NCBI GenBank assembly: GCA_937900755.1
Contig: CALCDN010000166.1
Location: 1-35,074, forward strand
Direction: 5' to 3'
Length of the DNA stretch: 35,074 nucleotides
Source of the DNA: an uncultured Acetobacter sp.
GTDB lineage: Bacteria > Pseudomonadota > Alphaproteobacteria > Acetobacterales > Acetobacteraceae
In this document: positions 9,961 to 21,339 of the stretch, one piece after another
How the letters are laid out: every line of letters begins with the position of its first letter
How positions within the stretch are numbered: the first letter of the stretch is position 1
The notes under the pieces: generated by a model
Database searches by the model: none
What the model was told of the DNA's origin: nothing
The model's input: the letters and a program-made list of their open reading frames with translations, nothing else
Position numbers and translations under genes: made by a program

Positions 9961-9991
9961 CTCTCTTGCTTTCTGGCGTCTGTTGGGCCGC

Positions 9992-11635
9992 TTACACGCG
10001 CAACACGTGTACATCCACCAGCGGACGTTTTTGCAGCTTGCGCCCCAGGGCGCGGCGCAGGGCTGTCTTGGCGGCCTCACGGAAGGCGCTGTCCTCGTTG
10101 CGCAATTCGTCGGGAATAACGTCCAGCGCGTTGGCGAATTCCTCGCGCACACGCACGCTTTCCAGGTCATCGGGATCAAGCAGGCCGGGAGCGCTGACCT
10201 TGGGATCACCAATCACAAAGCCTTCGTCATCCACGGCAAAGCTGCCAATGACAATGCCGTTGAACAGCATTTTACGCCGAGCCGCCAGTACGCCACCGTT
10301 CATGGGCAGCAGGCGGTTGCCATCCAGCGCCAGACGGCCGGTGGGAGCCGTATCCACCACTTCCAGCTTGCCGGGGGAAAGGCGCAGAATATCGCCATCC
10401 TCAAGCAGAATGGGGGCAATGCCCATTTCCTGCGCCAGGGCGGCCTGCGCGGTCAGGTGCCGCCATTCGCCATGGACGGGCACAACATGCTGGGGCTTGA
10501 GCAGTTCGTACATCTTCTGCACATCCCCACCCGTGGCATGGCCGGAAACATGCACGAAGTGTTCGCGGTCGGTAATGACCTTAACACCACGTTTTGCCAG
10601 GTTATCCTGCACTGCCATGATCGCCCGTTCATTCCCCGGGATCATACGGCTGGAATAAATGACCGTATCCCCCTCCCCGAGGGAAATATTGGGATGCACA
10701 TCCATGGAAATGCGCGACAGGGCCGAACGCGGCTCGCCCTGGCTGCCCGTGATAATCATGAGCAGCTGGTCATCGGGCACATCGTTCACGTCCTGCTCGC
10801 TCAAAAACGGCATGACACCAGACAGGTAACCGCACTCACGCGCAGCCGTGTCCAGGTTGCGCAGTGAGCGCCCGACCAGCACAACCGTACGGCCCGCCGC
10901 CTGCGCGGCCATGGCAATGGTTTCCACCCGCGCCACGTTGGAGGCAAAGCAGGTGACCGCAATGCGGCCCTTAAGGCTTGCCACCAGTTCCGTCATGCTC
11001 ACACGCACTTCGGATTCGGAGCGTGATGGCCCGGGCTTCATCACGTTCGTGCTGTCGCATACCAATGCGAGCACGCCTTCCTTGCCAATTTCGGCCAGGC
11101 GGTTCAGGTCCGTTGCAGGGCCCACCAGCGGTTCGGGGTCAAACTTCCAGTCCCCCGTATGCACCACAACGCCCGAAGGCGTGCGCAGCACCATGGACTG
11201 GGCTTCGGGCACGGAATGTGTGACCGGCACGAATTCAATGTCAAACGGCCCCACGTCAAAGCGCGCACCGGGCATGACTACGCGGATCGGCACATCCATC
11301 AGGCGGGCTTCAGCCAGCTTGCGGCGCAGCACGGCACTTGCAAACGGGGTCACGTAAATGGGGCATTGCAGCATGGGCCATACATGGGCCACGGCGCCAA
11401 TATGGTCTTCATGGGCATGGGTAATGACCAGCCCTGCCAGCTTGTTCCTGCGTTCGACAATAAAGGCCGGGTCTGGCACCAGAATTTCCGCTTCTGGCGT
11501 GTCATTCCCGCTAAACCCAATACCGCAATCAATAGCCAGCCATGTATCGCCCTGGCGATACAGGTTGAGGTTCATGCCGATCTCACCCGTTCCGCCCAAG
11601 GGCAGAAAGGCCAGATCGCCGTTATGTTCAGTCAT
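9992..11635 (-). CDS. rnj: Ribonuclease J
   Basis: PLGGTGEIGMN, THAHEDHIGA, HTGDWK, TGSQGEP, HVSGH and PVHGE. Confidence 0.96.
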   Translation of the reverse strand: MTEHNGDLAFLPLGGTGEIGMNLNLYRQGDTWLAIDCGIGFSGNDTPEAEILVPDPAFIVERRNKLAGLVITHAHEDHIGAVAHVWPMLQCPIYVTPFASAVLRRKLAEARLMDVPIRVVMPGARFDVGPFDIEFVPVTHSVPEAQSMVLRTPSGVVVHTGDWKFDPEPLVGPATDLNRLAEIGKEGVLALVCDSTNVMKPGPSRSESEVRVSMTELVASLKGRIAVTCFASNVARVETIAMAAQAAGRTVVLVGRSLRNLDTAARECGYLSGVMPFLSEQDVNDVPDDQLLMIITGSQGEPRSALSRISMDVHPNISLGEGDTVIYSSRMIPGNERAIMAVQDNLAKRGVKVITDREHFVHVSGHATGGDVQKMYELLKPQHVVPVHGEWRHLTAQAALAQEMGIAPILLEDGDILRLSPGKLEVVDTAPTGRLALDGNRLLPMNGGVLAARRKMLFNGIVIGSFAVDDEGFVIGDPKVSAPGLLDPDDLESVRVREEFANALDVIPDELRNEDSAFREAAKTALRRALGRKLQKRPLVDVHVLRV

Positions 11636-11644
11636 ATTATCCGA

Positions 11645-12457
11645 TTATCCTTCAGTCAAAAAATCTCGTTCTACTGTCAGTTTCGGCAGGGGGTTCCTCC
11701 CCGCCAGCAAGCGCAACCCATTGAGGGTCAGCATTGAATCCACATGGTCAAAGACCGTTGTCCCTTCCGAGAAGAGCGGAGCCAGACCGCCTGTTGCAAG
11801 CACCTTCATGGAAGGCCCCACTTCACGGCGAATCCTCTCGACAATCCCCTCGATCAACCCGACATACCCCCAGAACACGCCTGAACGCATAGCTGCAACC
11901 GTATTCCGCCCAATGGCGGACTCCCCCACAGGGCGACCAATACCAATACGCGGAAGCCTTGCCGCAGCCTGGTGCAATGCCTCGACCGACAGATTGATGC
12001 CGGGCGCAATAACACCGCCACAATAGCTTCCTTCCTGATCCACCACATCAAACGTGGTGGCTGTTCCAAAATCAATCACCGTCAGCGGGCCGCCATAGGT
12101 GTAGTGGGCGGCAAGCCCGTTGAGCAGACGGTCCACCCCGACTTCGTCAGGATTATCCATCTTGATGGCGAACCCCCAGTCCAGCCGGGCGGAGGCCAGC
12201 AGGGGCTCCACCGCAAACCACTGGCGGCACAGCGTGCGCAAATGGTAAAGTGCCGCAGGCACCACCGTGCCAATAACCGCCCCTTCAACATCATCCGGTG
12301 TCAGGCCCTGCGTTTTGAGCAGCGCTTGCAACCAGACACCATATTCATCAGACGTGCGTTGGGGCTGCATGGTAATCCGCCATACACCACGCCACTTCTC
12401 GCCGTCGTGCACTGCAAACACAACATTGGTATTCCCTGCGTCAATGACAAGTAGCAC
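11645..12457 (-). CDS. coaX: Type III pantothenate kinase
   Basis: [19 protein letters not shown] and ATGG. GTG start. Confidence 0.95.
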   Translation of the reverse strand: MLLVIDAGNTNVVFAVHDGEKWRGVWRITMQPQRTSDEYGVWLQALLKTQGLTPDDVEGAVIGTVVPAALYHLRTLCRQWFAVEPLLASARLDWGFAIKMDNPDEVGVDRLLNGLAAHYTYGGPLTVIDFGTATTFDVVDQEGSYCGGVIAPGINLSVEALHQAAARLPRIGIGRPVGESAIGRNTVAAMRSGVFWGYVGLIEGIVERIRREVGPSMKVLATGGLAPLFSEGTTVFDHVDSMLTLNGLRLLAGRNPLPKLTVERDFLTEG

Positions 12458-12459
12458 TC

Positions 12460-13209
12460 CTACGCGCCCTTTTCCATAAGCAGAATATCCCCTGTTGCGA
12501 TTGTCTTCATCCCGCCTTCCGTGTCCAGCAGCAGGCGTCCATCTTCCGCCAAGCCTGCAAAGAGCCCTTTCTCATAAGTAGTCCCGCCCTGAACGACAAG
12601 GGGGGTACCCAAAGGATGCGCTTTTTCCAGCCATGCGGTGCGAACGGCAGCAAACCCTTTTTGCCGCCACTGCGCATGCCACCATGCCAGCCCGTCCAGC
12701 ACATGCCGGGCCACGATTGCCACATCCGGCACCGCACCGCATTGCGCCAGACAGGCAACCTGCCGCTCCAGCACATTCTGGTCCGGGGCCGATGCAAGGT
12801 TCGCACCCATGCCGATCAGGACATGCTCCCCTTCCCGCTCGATCAGGATGCCTGCCATTTTCCGCCCATCCAGCAGAATATCATTTGGCCATTTGATCAT
12901 AAGGTGGCCAAGAGCGGCAGGAACCGCACGCAACAGACCATCATAAAACCCGAGTGAGGCAACAAAAGGCCAGCCCCCCAAGACGTCCGGCCCGGCCTGC
13001 GCCGCATCGAGCACAGCACTCAGCGCAAGGCCCTGCCCACCGTCCAGCCAGTTACGCCCCCGGCTGCCGCGGCCCCTGGTCTGGTTGCGGGCCAGAACGG
13101 CCATGCCCGCAACAGCACTGCCCGAACGGCAGGCGTTCAGGCAGTAATCGGAGGTAGATGGCAGCTCATCAAAACAGGAAAGCCGCCAGAAATCGTTTTG
13201 CCCGCTCAT
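12460..13209 (-). CDS. birA: Biotin--[acetyl-CoA-carboxylase] ligase, no N-terminal HTH
   Basis: [17 protein letters not shown] and KMAGIL. ATGA overlap with the nuoN stop. Confidence 0.95.
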   Translation of the reverse strand: MSGQNDFWRLSCFDELPSTSDYCLNACRSGSAVAGMAVLARNQTRGRGSRGRNWLDGGQGLALSAVLDAAQAGPDVLGGWPFVASLGFYDGLLRAVPAALGHLMIKWPNDILLDGRKMAGILIEREGEHVLIGMGANLASAPDQNVLERQVACLAQCGAVPDVAIVARHVLDGLAWWHAQWRQKGFAAVRTAWLEKAHPLGTPLVVQGGTTYEKGLFAGLAEDGRLLLDTEGGMKTIATGDILLMEKGA

Positions 13210-14648
13210 CCAGCCAGGGCAAGGGCCGCCTGATGCGCGACCGACATGAGTGGCCCAAGCACAATGGCGAACACAACTGTTGCAATACCCATCCCGCCCG
13301 AAACAAATACAAGGCTGGGAGCCGGATGGTCCAGCGCATGGGCTGGTGCATCAAAATACATAACTTTTACAACCCGCAGATAATAATAGGCCCCCACAAC
13401 GCTGGACAATGCGCCAATGCAGACCAGAACGTAAAGACCGGATTGCCATGCCGCTGCAAAAACCATGAATTTGCCAAAAAAACCGGCAAGCGGGGGAGCG
13501 CCGACCATGCTGAACATGAAAATGGCGAGAGCGAGCGCCATACCCGGATCGGAACGACCCAGCCCAGCCAGGTCCGCGATGGAATTGACCTCACGCCCAT
13601 TGCGCCGCATGGCGGTAATACCGGCAAAAACGCCCGCGTTCATCACAAAATAGGCGGCAAGGTAAATAAGCGTGGCCTGTGTGCCCGCCGTGGAGGCCGC
13701 GGCCAGCCCCATCATGGCATAACCCATGTGGCCAATGGAGGAATAGGCCATAAGCCGCTTGATGTTGGTCTGCGGAATGGCTGCAAAAGCCCCATACACC
13801 ATGGACAACACGGATACGGTTTCGATCAAAATCTGCCAGCGGGGAGCAATGGAGCCAAACGGCCCTGCCATAACACGCAGGAACAGGGCAAAAGCCGCAA
13901 ATTTGGGTGCTCCAGCCATGTAAGCCGTAACCGGCGTTGGCGCACCTTGGTACACATCGGGCGTCCACATATGAAACGGTACTGCGGAAAGCTTGAAGCA
14001 CAGCCCCACCACAATAAAGACGAGCCCCACCACCAAACCCATGGGCGGCATGGCGGTCGCCCGGACCGCGTCAACCAGTCCGGTATATTCCAAGGTGCCC
14101 GCGTACCCATATACCAGCGAAATTCCGTAAAGCAGCAGGCCGGACGCCAGAGAACCAAGGATAAAATACTTCATCCCTGCCTCGGAGGAGAAAACATTCT
14201 CCCGCTCCACGGCGCACAGAATGTAGATGGAGAGCGAGGACAGCTCCAACCCGACAAACAGCGTCATCAAATTGGCCGAGGACGCCATGAGCATGGCCCC
14301 CAGCGTGGAAAACAGCATGAGCACCGGTGTTTCAAACGGCAAGGTCTGGCGCTCGGGGGTACGATAGCTCACGCACAGGGCCACCGCCACAAAACCGCCC
14401 GCCAGAATAAGTTCCTTCATGAACCGGGCAAAACCGTCATTTACGAATGTCCCGGCATATCCCGCCCCTGAGGAGGAAAACACGACCAGAAAACCACACA
14501 CCAAAAACGCGGCAAGGCTGAGTATGGCGGCGGGGAAAAACCCTTCCCCCTTCCGCTGGAGCACACCGGCCACCAGAATGATGATACCCGATACAGCAAG
14601 AAAAATTTCGGGCAGGGCTACGGTCCAGTTGAACACTGTCACACTCAT
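13206..14648 (-). CDS. nuoN: NADH-quinone oxidoreductase subunit N
   Basis: GLELSSL, SEAGMKYF, FKLSAVPFHMWTPDVYQGAP, KRLMAYSSIGH and PPLAGFFGK. Confidence 0.97.
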   Translation of the reverse strand: MSVTVFNWTVALPEIFLAVSGIIILVAGVLQRKGEGFFPAAILSLAAFLVCGFLVVFSSSGAGYAGTFVNDGFARFMKELILAGGFVAVALCVSYRTPERQTLPFETPVLMLFSTLGAMLMASSANLMTLFVGLELSSLSIYILCAVERENVFSSEAGMKYFILGSLASGLLLYGISLVYGYAGTLEYTGLVDAVRATAMPPMGLVVGLVFIVVGLCFKLSAVPFHMWTPDVYQGAPTPVTAYMAGAPKFAAFALFLRVMAGPFGSIAPRWQILIETVSVLSMVYGAFAAIPQTNIKRLMAYSSIGHMGYAMMGLAAASTAGTQATLIYLAAYFVMNAGVFAGITAMRRNGREVNSIADLAGLGRSDPGMALALAIFMFSMVGAPPLAGFFGKFMVFAAAWQSGLYVLVCIGALSSVVGAYYYLRVVKVMYFDAPAHALDHPAPSLVFVSGGMGIATVVFAIVLGPLMSVAHQAALALAG

Positions 14649-14704
14649 CGCTGCGCACTCCGCAGAGGATAGGAAGAGAACAAGGTCGGAATGGCGTTGG
14701 TCAT
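14645..14704 (-). pseudogene. 19-codon mini-ORF (MTNAIPTLFSSYPLRSAQR) in the nuoM slot, probable nuoM deletion remnant
   Basis: ATG lies 7 nt after the nuoL stop and the TGA overlaps the nuoN ATG (ATGA). Identity as nuoM rests on position, not on sequence homology. Confidence 0.55.
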
Positions 14705-14711
14705 GACTGGA

Positions 14712-16664
14712 TCACCCGCACAGCGCTACGGTCAGCAGCACCACAAGTCCTGCCAGCATGGTAAAGGCGTAAATGGCGATAGAACCTGTCTGAAGCCTGA
14801 CAGCCTGCAACGCACCATCTCGCGTGGCCCGCACGATATCCAGCGGCAGGCCTTCAACAACACCTTCATCCCCACCTTTCCACAGCACACGTGCAAGAGC
14901 TGCGTACGGGCGCACGAAAATCCGGTCATACAGTTCGTCAAAATACCATTTGTTGAGCAAGAACCGATAGAGAGGACCAAAGCTGCGGGCCAGTGCGGCA
15001 GGCACCTGCGGCGCGCTCACATACAGCACAAAAGCCAGCGCAATACCGCAAAGCCCGGCAAGGCTGGGCAGCAGGGCTATCATGGAGGGCACATGCTCGA
15101 ACGTTTCCATGATGTGGTTGGCTGGAGCATTGACAATGGCCCCGTTCCAGAACGCACCCTGGTGTGCCCCAATATAGAAAGGCGCCAGCACCACACCCGC
15201 CACAACCGCCCCGATGGACAGGACCAGCAAGGGTATGGTCATGACGGCCGGACTTTCATGTGCACCTTCTCGAGCATGGTCATCATGGGGTTTGCCATGG
15301 AAGACCAGGAACAGAAGCCGCCAGCTGTAAAACGCGGTCAGGAACGCTGTAATACTGCCCATGGCCCAGGCGTAATGACTGTAGGACGCATCGGACGCCC
15401 AGAGCGCATTGAGAATGGCATCCTTGGACCAGTATCCGGCAAAGGGATAAACCCCGGCCAGGGCCAGACTGCCCAGCCACATGACCACATAGGTAACGGG
15501 CAGCTTTTTCCACAAGCCCCCCATGCGGAACATGTTCTGCTCATCATGCATGGCATGAATGACCGAGCCTGCGGCAAGGAACAGAAGAGCCTTGAAAAAG
15601 GCATGCGTGGTCAAATGGAACACCGCCGCCTGATACGCCCCCACCCCAACGGCTGCGAACATATAGCCAAGCTGCGAGCAGGTGGAATAGGCGATGGTCC
15701 GTTTGATATCGGGCTGCACCATGCCAACGGTTGCGGCAAAAAAGCAGGTGGTCGCACCGATCAGGATCACAAAGGTGCGCGTGCCCGGAGCAAACTCCAG
15801 CAGGGGCGACATGCGCGCCATAAGGAACACGCCAGCCGTGACCATGGTTGCCGCATGGATAAGGGCGGATACGGGCGTTGGGCCTTCCATGGCGTCGGGC
15901 AGCCACGTGTGCAGGAACAGCTGGGCCGACTTGCCCATGGCCCCCACAAACAGCAAGAAGCAGATGACCTCCAGCATGCGGAAGGACACACCACACACGC
16001 TATACGGCGCATTGAGCACATCAGGCACGGCGGCGAAAATGGCGTCGTACTGCACGGAATGGAACAGAACGTAGATCAGCCCGATGCCCACAATAAAGAA
16101 CAGGTCGGCCACGCGGTTGACCACAAAGGCCTTTATGGCCGCAGCTGTGGCCGCCGGGCGGTCATACCAGTAGCCAATCAGCAGGTAACTGGCCAGCCCC
16201 ACCCCTTCCCAGCCAAAGAAGAGCTGGATCAGGTCGTTGGAGGACACCAGCATGAGCATGGCGAAGGTGAACAGCGAGAGATAGGAGAAAAACCGATACG
16301 TCGGCATGCTCTCGTGGCTCATGTAGCCAATGCTGTAGCAATGGACGAGCAGGGAGACCGTAAGAACCATGGCCACCATGGTCACGGAGAGCGTGTCAAA
16401 CCGCAGGGTCCATGTGGCGTCAAAGCCACCGGCATGCACCCACTGCGCCAGTGGCGCGGTTGCGTGCGGAAAACCGCCCATCCAGGCATCGCACAGCGCG
16501 CCAACACTGCACAGGGTCGCCACGGCCATGCAGGCAATGGTGACAACCTTGGCAAGCGTGTCGCCCATGAACCGGCCACCAAGGCCCGCCACGATCGCCC
16601 CTGCCATGGGTGTCAGCACGGCAACGGAAAACAGGTTGAGTTCTGTTTGCATAACGCTGCTCAT
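14712..16664 (-). CDS. nuoL: NADH-quinone oxidoreductase subunit L
   Basis: [51 protein letters not shown] and NKWYFDELY...QTG. Confidence 0.97.
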   Translation of the reverse strand: MSSVMQTELNLFSVAVLTPMAGAIVAGLGGRFMGDTLAKVVTIACMAVATLCSVGALCDAWMGGFPHATAPLAQWVHAGGFDATWTLRFDTLSVTMVAMVLTVSLLVHCYSIGYMSHESMPTYRFFSYLSLFTFAMLMLVSSNDLIQLFFGWEGVGLASYLLIGYWYDRPAATAAAIKAFVVNRVADLFFIVGIGLIYVLFHSVQYDAIFAAVPDVLNAPYSVCGVSFRMLEVICFLLFVGAMGKSAQLFLHTWLPDAMEGPTPVSALIHAATMVTAGVFLMARMSPLLEFAPGTRTFVILIGATTCFFAATVGMVQPDIKRTIAYSTCSQLGYMFAAVGVGAYQAAVFHLTTHAFFKALLFLAAGSVIHAMHDEQNMFRMGGLWKKLPVTYVVMWLGSLALAGVYPFAGYWSKDAILNALWASDASYSHYAWAMGSITAFLTAFYSWRLLFLVFHGKPHDDHAREGAHESPAVMTIPLLVLSIGAVVAGVVLAPFYIGAHQGAFWNGAIVNAPANHIMETFEHVPSMIALLPSLAGLCGIALAFVLYVSAPQVPAALARSFGPLYRFLLNKWYFDELYDRIFVRPYAALARVLWKGGDEGVVEGLPLDIVRATRDGALQAVRLQTGSIAIYAFTMLAGLVVLLTVALCG

Positions 16665-16984
16665 CCCTTCATCATCGTCACGTCTTCGACCTGGATGGAG
16701 CCGCGGTTACGGAAGTAGACCGTAACAATAGCCAGGCCAATGGCGGCTTCGGCTGCGGCAATGGTCAGCACGAACAGCACCATGACCTGCCCCGACAGGT
16801 CCCCGTGAGCCGAGGAAAACGCCACCAGATTAAGGTTGGCGGAAAGCAGGATCAGCTCCATGGACATGAGCAGAACAATAATGTTCTTGCGGTTCAGAAA
16901 AATACCAAACACCCCCAGAACCAGAAGTGCGGCGCTGACAAACAGGTAAGGTCCAAGCCCTACAGATGCGATTGCCGGGTTCAT
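16661..16984 (-). CDS. nuoK: NADH-quinone oxidoreductase subunit K
   Basis: NRKNII, MSMELIL and [11 protein letters not shown]. Confidence 0.96.
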   Translation of the reverse strand: MNPAIASVGLGPYLFVSAALLVLGVFGIFLNRKNIIVLLMSMELILLSANLNLVAFSSAHGDLSGQVMVLFVLTIAAAEAAIGLAIVTVYFRNRGSIQVEDVTMMKG

Positions 16985-17694
16985 GCGCCTTTTTCCTCCG
17001 TTTCCGTCTTGTCCGGCTCGCCCGCACCATAGGAGCCGGGAACCGCAATTTCGTAATAGGAGCCTTTGGGCCGCAGGAAACCACCGTGCTCAAACACGTT
17101 TTCGCCAAGTGGCAGATTGACTAGCTCCAGCGTTTCTTCACGTGTGCGTGCATGCTGGCGACCAATGTTCTGGCGGCGGCCTGTTGGCGTGCCACGCAGG
17201 GTCAGCACGATGGCGCCGATCATGGCGACCAGCAGAACCAGCCCGCACGCCTGAAACAGCAGCACATAGTGCGTGTAAATGACCGTGCCCAGGGCGGCGG
17301 TGTTGGTCAGCCCCGGATCCACCGCCAGAGGAGCCACCACACCCGCGGGCGCCATGCGCCAGTTGCTGAAGGCCATGACCAGTTCGCCCAGCAGCACGCC
17401 ACCAATGCACAGCCCAAGTGGTGCGTAACGCTGGAACCCTTCGCGCAGGCGGGTGAAATCTATATCCAGCATCATCACCACGAACAGGAAGAGAACCGCC
17501 ACCGCCCCCACGTAGACAATGACCAGCAGCATGGCCAGAAACTCGGCTCCCGCGACCAGAAACAGCCCAGCCGCGTTGAAAAAGCCCAGTATCAGGAACA
17601 AAACCGCATGAACCGGGTTGCGTGCGCTAATGACCATGGAGGCCGAAAGCAGCAATACCGCCGCAAAAACGTAAAAAACGAGCTGTGCCATCAT
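16981..17694 (-). CDS. nuoJ: NADH-quinone oxidoreductase subunit J
   Basis: [26 protein letters not shown] and [11 protein letters not shown]. Confidence 0.96.
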   Translation of the reverse strand: MMAQLVFYVFAAVLLLSASMVISARNPVHAVLFLILGFFNAAGLFLVAGAEFLAMLLVIVYVGAVAVLFLFVVMMLDIDFTRLREGFQRYAPLGLCIGGVLLGELVMAFSNWRMAPAGVVAPLAVDPGLTNTAALGTVIYTHYVLLFQACGLVLLVAMIGAIVLTLRGTPTGRRQNIGRQHARTREETLELVNLPLGENVFEHGGFLRPKGSYYEIAVPGSYGAGEPDKTETEEKGA

Positions 17695-17730
17695 TGGCCA
17701 ACCTCCTGCCCTAGCGTGGTCTGCATCTGC

Positions 17731-18219
17731 TCAGCGATACGGCGCATCAAGTTCCAGCCTCCGTGCGAGCAGGGATTCCCAACGGTCCCCGTTCGCCAGC
17801 AGCTTGTTCTTGTCGTACATGAGCTCTTCACGGGTTTCCGTGGCAAATTCGTAGTTCGGACCTTCAACAATCGCATCCACCGGGCAGGCTTCCTCGCACA
17901 GGCCACAGTAGATGCATTTTGTCATGTCAATGTCGTAGCGCGTGGTGCGGCGCGAACCATCGTCCCGCTCTTCGGCTTCGATAGTAATGGCCTCGGCGGG
18001 GCATGCCGCCTCGCACAATTTGCATGCAATACAGCGCTCCTCCCCATTGGGGTAGCGCCGCAGGGCGTGCTCACCCCGAAAACGGTGGGACAATGGCCCT
18101 TTTTCGTACGGGTAGTTCAGTGTAACCTTGGGCTGGAACATCATACGGAATGTGGAAACCATGCCCGCGGCCAGCTCCTTGAGCAGGAAAGACCGCAATG
18201 TGGTGCCAAGAGCGCTCAT
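17731..18219 (-). CDS. nuoI: NADH-quinone oxidoreductase subunit I
   Basis: Two CxxCxxCxxxCP motifs ([24 protein letters not shown]). Start MSALG overlaps the nuoH stop. Confidence 0.97.
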   Translation of the reverse strand: MSALGTTLRSFLLKELAAGMVSTFRMMFQPKVTLNYPYEKGPLSHRFRGEHALRRYPNGEERCIACKLCEAACPAEAITIEAEERDDGSRRTTRYDIDMTKCIYCGLCEEACPVDAIVEGPNYEFATETREELMYDKNKLLANGDRWESLLARRLELDAPYR

Positions 18220-19247
18220 GAATTCACCCCTCCCATATGAGGCAGCAGACCTGTCGCCATTAGAAAACCCGCCGTACCAATCATCCACAGGAGCGAGAAG
18301 GGCAGAAACACCTTCCATCCCAACCGCATCAGCTGGTCATAGCGGTAGCGCGGGAACGTTGCGCGCACCCAGATAAAGACAAACAGGCAGAACAGGATTT
18401 TAAAAATCAGCCAGAGCGGGCCAGGTATCCATGTCAGTGGCGCAATGCCCAACGGGGGCAGCCACCCACCAAGGAACAGAATACTGACCATGGAGGACAT
18501 AAGGATCATGTTCGCGTATTCGCCCAGAAAGAACAGGCCGAAGGCGAGCGATGAATATTCCACAAAAAAGCCCGCCACAAGTTCACTCTCCCCTTCGGGA
18601 AGGTCAAATGGCGCGCGGTTTGTTTCCGCCAGGGCGGAGATGAAAAACACGATGAATATCGGGAACATGGGCACACAGAACCACACATGACTCTGCGCCA
18701 GAACAATGTCGTTCAGGTTCAGGCTGCCCACGGCCAGCAGGACGGACACAATGACAAGCCCGATGGACACCTCGTAGGAGACCATCTGCGCCGCCGAGCG
18801 CAAGCCACCCAAAAACGCATAGCGCGAATTGGAGGCCCACCCGGCAATAAGCATGCCGTAAACTCCAAGGGAGGAAATGGCGAGCAGATACAAAATGCCA
18901 ACATTGATGTTGGCAACCGCCAGACCATTGCCTGTTGGAATAACCGCCCATGCCGCCATGGCGAGCGAGAAGGTCAGAAAAGGTGCAAACAGGAACAGCG
19001 CACGGTTGGCTCCTGCGGGAATAACCGTTTCCTTCACGATCATCTTGATCGCGTCGGCAAAAGCCTGCAACAGGCCGAACAGGCCGTTTACGTTTGGTCC
19101 GCGCCGCTGCTGCATGGCGGCCATAACCTTACGCTCCATAAGCGTAAGGTAGGCAACGCCTATCAGCAACGGCACCAGCACCGCCAGCGTTTCCAGCAGC
19201 ATCAGCAGGATCTGGCCCACAAGGGTTTGGTAGAAAAAATGTGCCAT
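18216..19247 (-). CDS. nuoH: NADH-quinone oxidoreductase subunit H
   Basis: [28 protein letters not shown] and PRYRYDQL. Start MAHFF after a GGAG ribosome-binding site. Confidence 0.97.
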   Translation of the reverse strand: MAHFFYQTLVGQILLMLLETLAVLVPLLIGVAYLTLMERKVMAAMQQRRGPNVNGLFGLLQAFADAIKMIVKETVIPAGANRALFLFAPFLTFSLAMAAWAVIPTGNGLAVANINVGILYLLAISSLGVYGMLIAGWASNSRYAFLGGLRSAAQMVSYEVSIGLVIVSVLLAVGSLNLNDIVLAQSHVWFCVPMFPIFIVFFISALAETNRAPFDLPEGESELVAGFFVEYSSLAFGLFFLGEYANMILMSSMVSILFLGGWLPPLGIAPLTWIPGPLWLIFKILFCLFVFIWVRATFPRYRYDQLMRLGWKVFLPFSLLWMIGTAGFLMATGLLPHMGGVNS

Positions 19248-19252
19248 TGCCC

Positions 19253-21334
19253 TTACTCCGCCGCGACCACAGGTGCCACACCATAAACCTTTGAGCACTC
19301 AGCCATGGTCTGGCTTGCGCGGCTTATGGCGTTGGTCTGGTAATAATCCCGAATAACCGGGCGGAAAGGCGTGGTCATAAGCTCGCCTTCACGCGCGGTG
19401 GCCTCGCTGGCCAGCCCCCCTTCCGCGCCCGCCAGACGCGGCGCACCCTGGCCGGTCTGGGCAAAAACCGGGTTGACCTGCGCCATGTGCGCACGCAGTT
19501 GCTCCAGCGTGTCATACGGCAGGGTGTGGCCGAGCACTTCGGAAAAAGCCCGGATAATCCGCCAGTCTTCCCGCGCGTCTCCTGGTGGGAAAACGGCGCG
19601 GAAGGCACGCTGCACCCGCCCCGCGGTGTTGACATATGTTCCAGATTTTTCGGTATAGGCCGCCCCTGGCAGAATAATATCCGCCCGCTTTGCAGCCGCG
19701 TCCCCATGATGGCCCAGATACACAACAAAGGTTTCCGGCGGGATCCGCTCCAGTTGCACGTCATCCGCGCCCAGAAGCCACAGAATTTCCACACCGCCAC
19801 GGAGCATGCTGGCGGCATCACACCCATGTGGGCCGGGCAGGAAGCCAAGGTCCAGCGCCCCCACGCGCGATGCCGCCGTGTGCAGGATGTTCAGGCCATG
19901 CCAGTCAGCACTCAGGGCGCCGCAGGTCTGGGCGAGTTCACGGCAGGCGGCGTAAATTGCCGGTGCGTCCCGCCGGGTCAGAGCCGAGTGCCCTACAATG
20001 ATCATGGGCTTCTTGGCGTTTTTCAAAACCTCGGCAAACGCGTTTTTCCCGCTCAGAAGGTCCGCCAGCACATCCGGGCCGTGGCCAAGCACGTTTACGT
20101 CGTAGGTCATGTCCGCCGTTGGCGCACCGATCATGCCTATGGGAAAACCACCCCGCCCCGCATCCACAAACCGCTTGCGTATCCGCGCATTAAGCACGGG
20201 AGACTCATGGCGGGGCATGGCGCCAACCAGCAGCAGGGCATCCGCCTGATCTATTCCACTTACATCACTATTGAACAGGTAGCCCGACCGCGCGCTGGTG
20301 TCATACCAGGCGCCATCCTGCCGACAATCCAGATTGGAAGACCCAATGCCTTGCAAAAGGTCTTTAATTGCACACAGGCTTTCCGCATCACACAGATCAC
20401 CGGCAATGGCCCCGACTTTGTCCCCCGGCACACCGTCAAACCGTCTGGCCAGCGCAATAAGCGCATCTTTCCAAGATACAGCGGAGAGTTTTCCATGCAC
20501 CCTCACCCATGGGCGGTCCAGCCGCTTACGCTTGAGACCGTCAATGGAAAAACGGCCTTTATCAGACAGCCACTCTTCATTCACGTCATCATTCACGCGC
20601 GGGACAATCCGCATGACCTCGCCGCCACGCGCCTGAACCTGAATATTGGTGCCCAGCGCATCCATGACATCCACACTGTCCGTCTTTTTGTATTCCCATG
20701 ACCGGGCATGAAAAGCGGAAGGTTTGGCCGTTAGCGCGCCAACCGGGCAGACATCAATCAGGTTGCCCGAGAGTTCGGATGTCAGGGCTTTTTCCACGTA
20801 GGTGGTGATTTCGGCATTTTCCCCGCGCGAGACCAGGCCAAGCTCGGGAGTGCCCGCCACTTCCGTGCTGAACCGCACGCACCGTGTGCACTGGATGCAA
20901 CGCGTCATAACCGTTTTGACCAGCGGCCCCAGGTCCTTGTCCGTAACCGCGCGCTTGTCTTCCTTATAGCGCGAAATACCCGAACCATACCCGTATGCCT
21001 GATCCTGCAGGTCACACTCCCCGCCCTGATCGCAAATGGGGCAATCCAGCGGGTGGTTGATCAGCAGGAACTCCATAACGGCGCGACGGGCACGCCGCAC
21101 CACCTCGGTGTCCGTGAAGATCTGCATGCCTTCGGAAACCGGAAAACCACAGGAGGCAACCGGTTTGGGCGCGCGCGCCACTTCCACCAGACACATGCGG
21201 CAATTCCCCGCAACGGACAGGCGCTCGTGGTAACAAAACCGTGGTATTTCCTTGCCTGCCGCCTCGCATGCCTGCAAAGCGCTGGAACCGGGAGGAACGT
21301 CTACCGGCGCGCCATCAACTATTACCCTGACCAT
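19253..21334 (-). CDS. nuoG: NADH-quinone oxidoreductase subunit G
   Basis: FCYH...[28 protein letters not shown] and CPVGAL. Confidence 0.97.
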   Translation of the reverse strand: MVRVIVDGAPVDVPPGSSALQACEAAGKEIPRFCYHERLSVAGNCRMCLVEVARAPKPVASCGFPVSEGMQIFTDTEVVRRARRAVMEFLLINHPLDCPICDQGGECDLQDQAYGYGSGISRYKEDKRAVTDKDLGPLVKTVMTRCIQCTRCVRFSTEVAGTPELGLVSRGENAEITTYVEKALTSELSGNLIDVCPVGALTAKPSAFHARSWEYKKTDSVDVMDALGTNIQVQARGGEVMRIVPRVNDDVNEEWLSDKGRFSIDGLKRKRLDRPWVRVHGKLSAVSWKDALIALARRFDGVPGDKVGAIAGDLCDAESLCAIKDLLQGIGSSNLDCRQDGAWYDTSARSGYLFNSDVSGIDQADALLLVGAMPRHESPVLNARIRKRFVDAGRGGFPIGMIGAPTADMTYDVNVLGHGPDVLADLLSGKNAFAEVLKNAKKPMIIVGHSALTRRDAPAIYAACRELAQTCGALSADWHGLNILHTAASRVGALDLGFLPGPHGCDAASMLRGGVEILWLLGADDVQLERIPPETFVVYLGHHGDAAAKRADIILPGAAYTEKSGTYVNTAGRVQRAFRAVFPPGDAREDWRIIRAFSEVLGHTLPYDTLEQLRAHMAQVNPVFAQTGQGAPRLAGAEGGLASEATAREGELMTTPFRPVIRDYYQTNAISRASQTMAECSKVYGVAPVVAAE

Positions 21335-21339
21335 TGCCG

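Noticed and set aside
14691-16718. Long plus-strand ORFs antisense to housekeeping genes (675 aa here; also 7282-8745, 13158-14471, 19487-20701 and 29527-30912)
   Set aside because: They are shadow frames of GC-biased genes with no recognisable motifs. None is hydrophobic or NuoM-like.
17691-17906. 71-aa ORF bridging nuoI and nuoJ
   Set aside because: It is an alternative frame lying mostly inside intact nuoI, and there is no sign of a frameshift.
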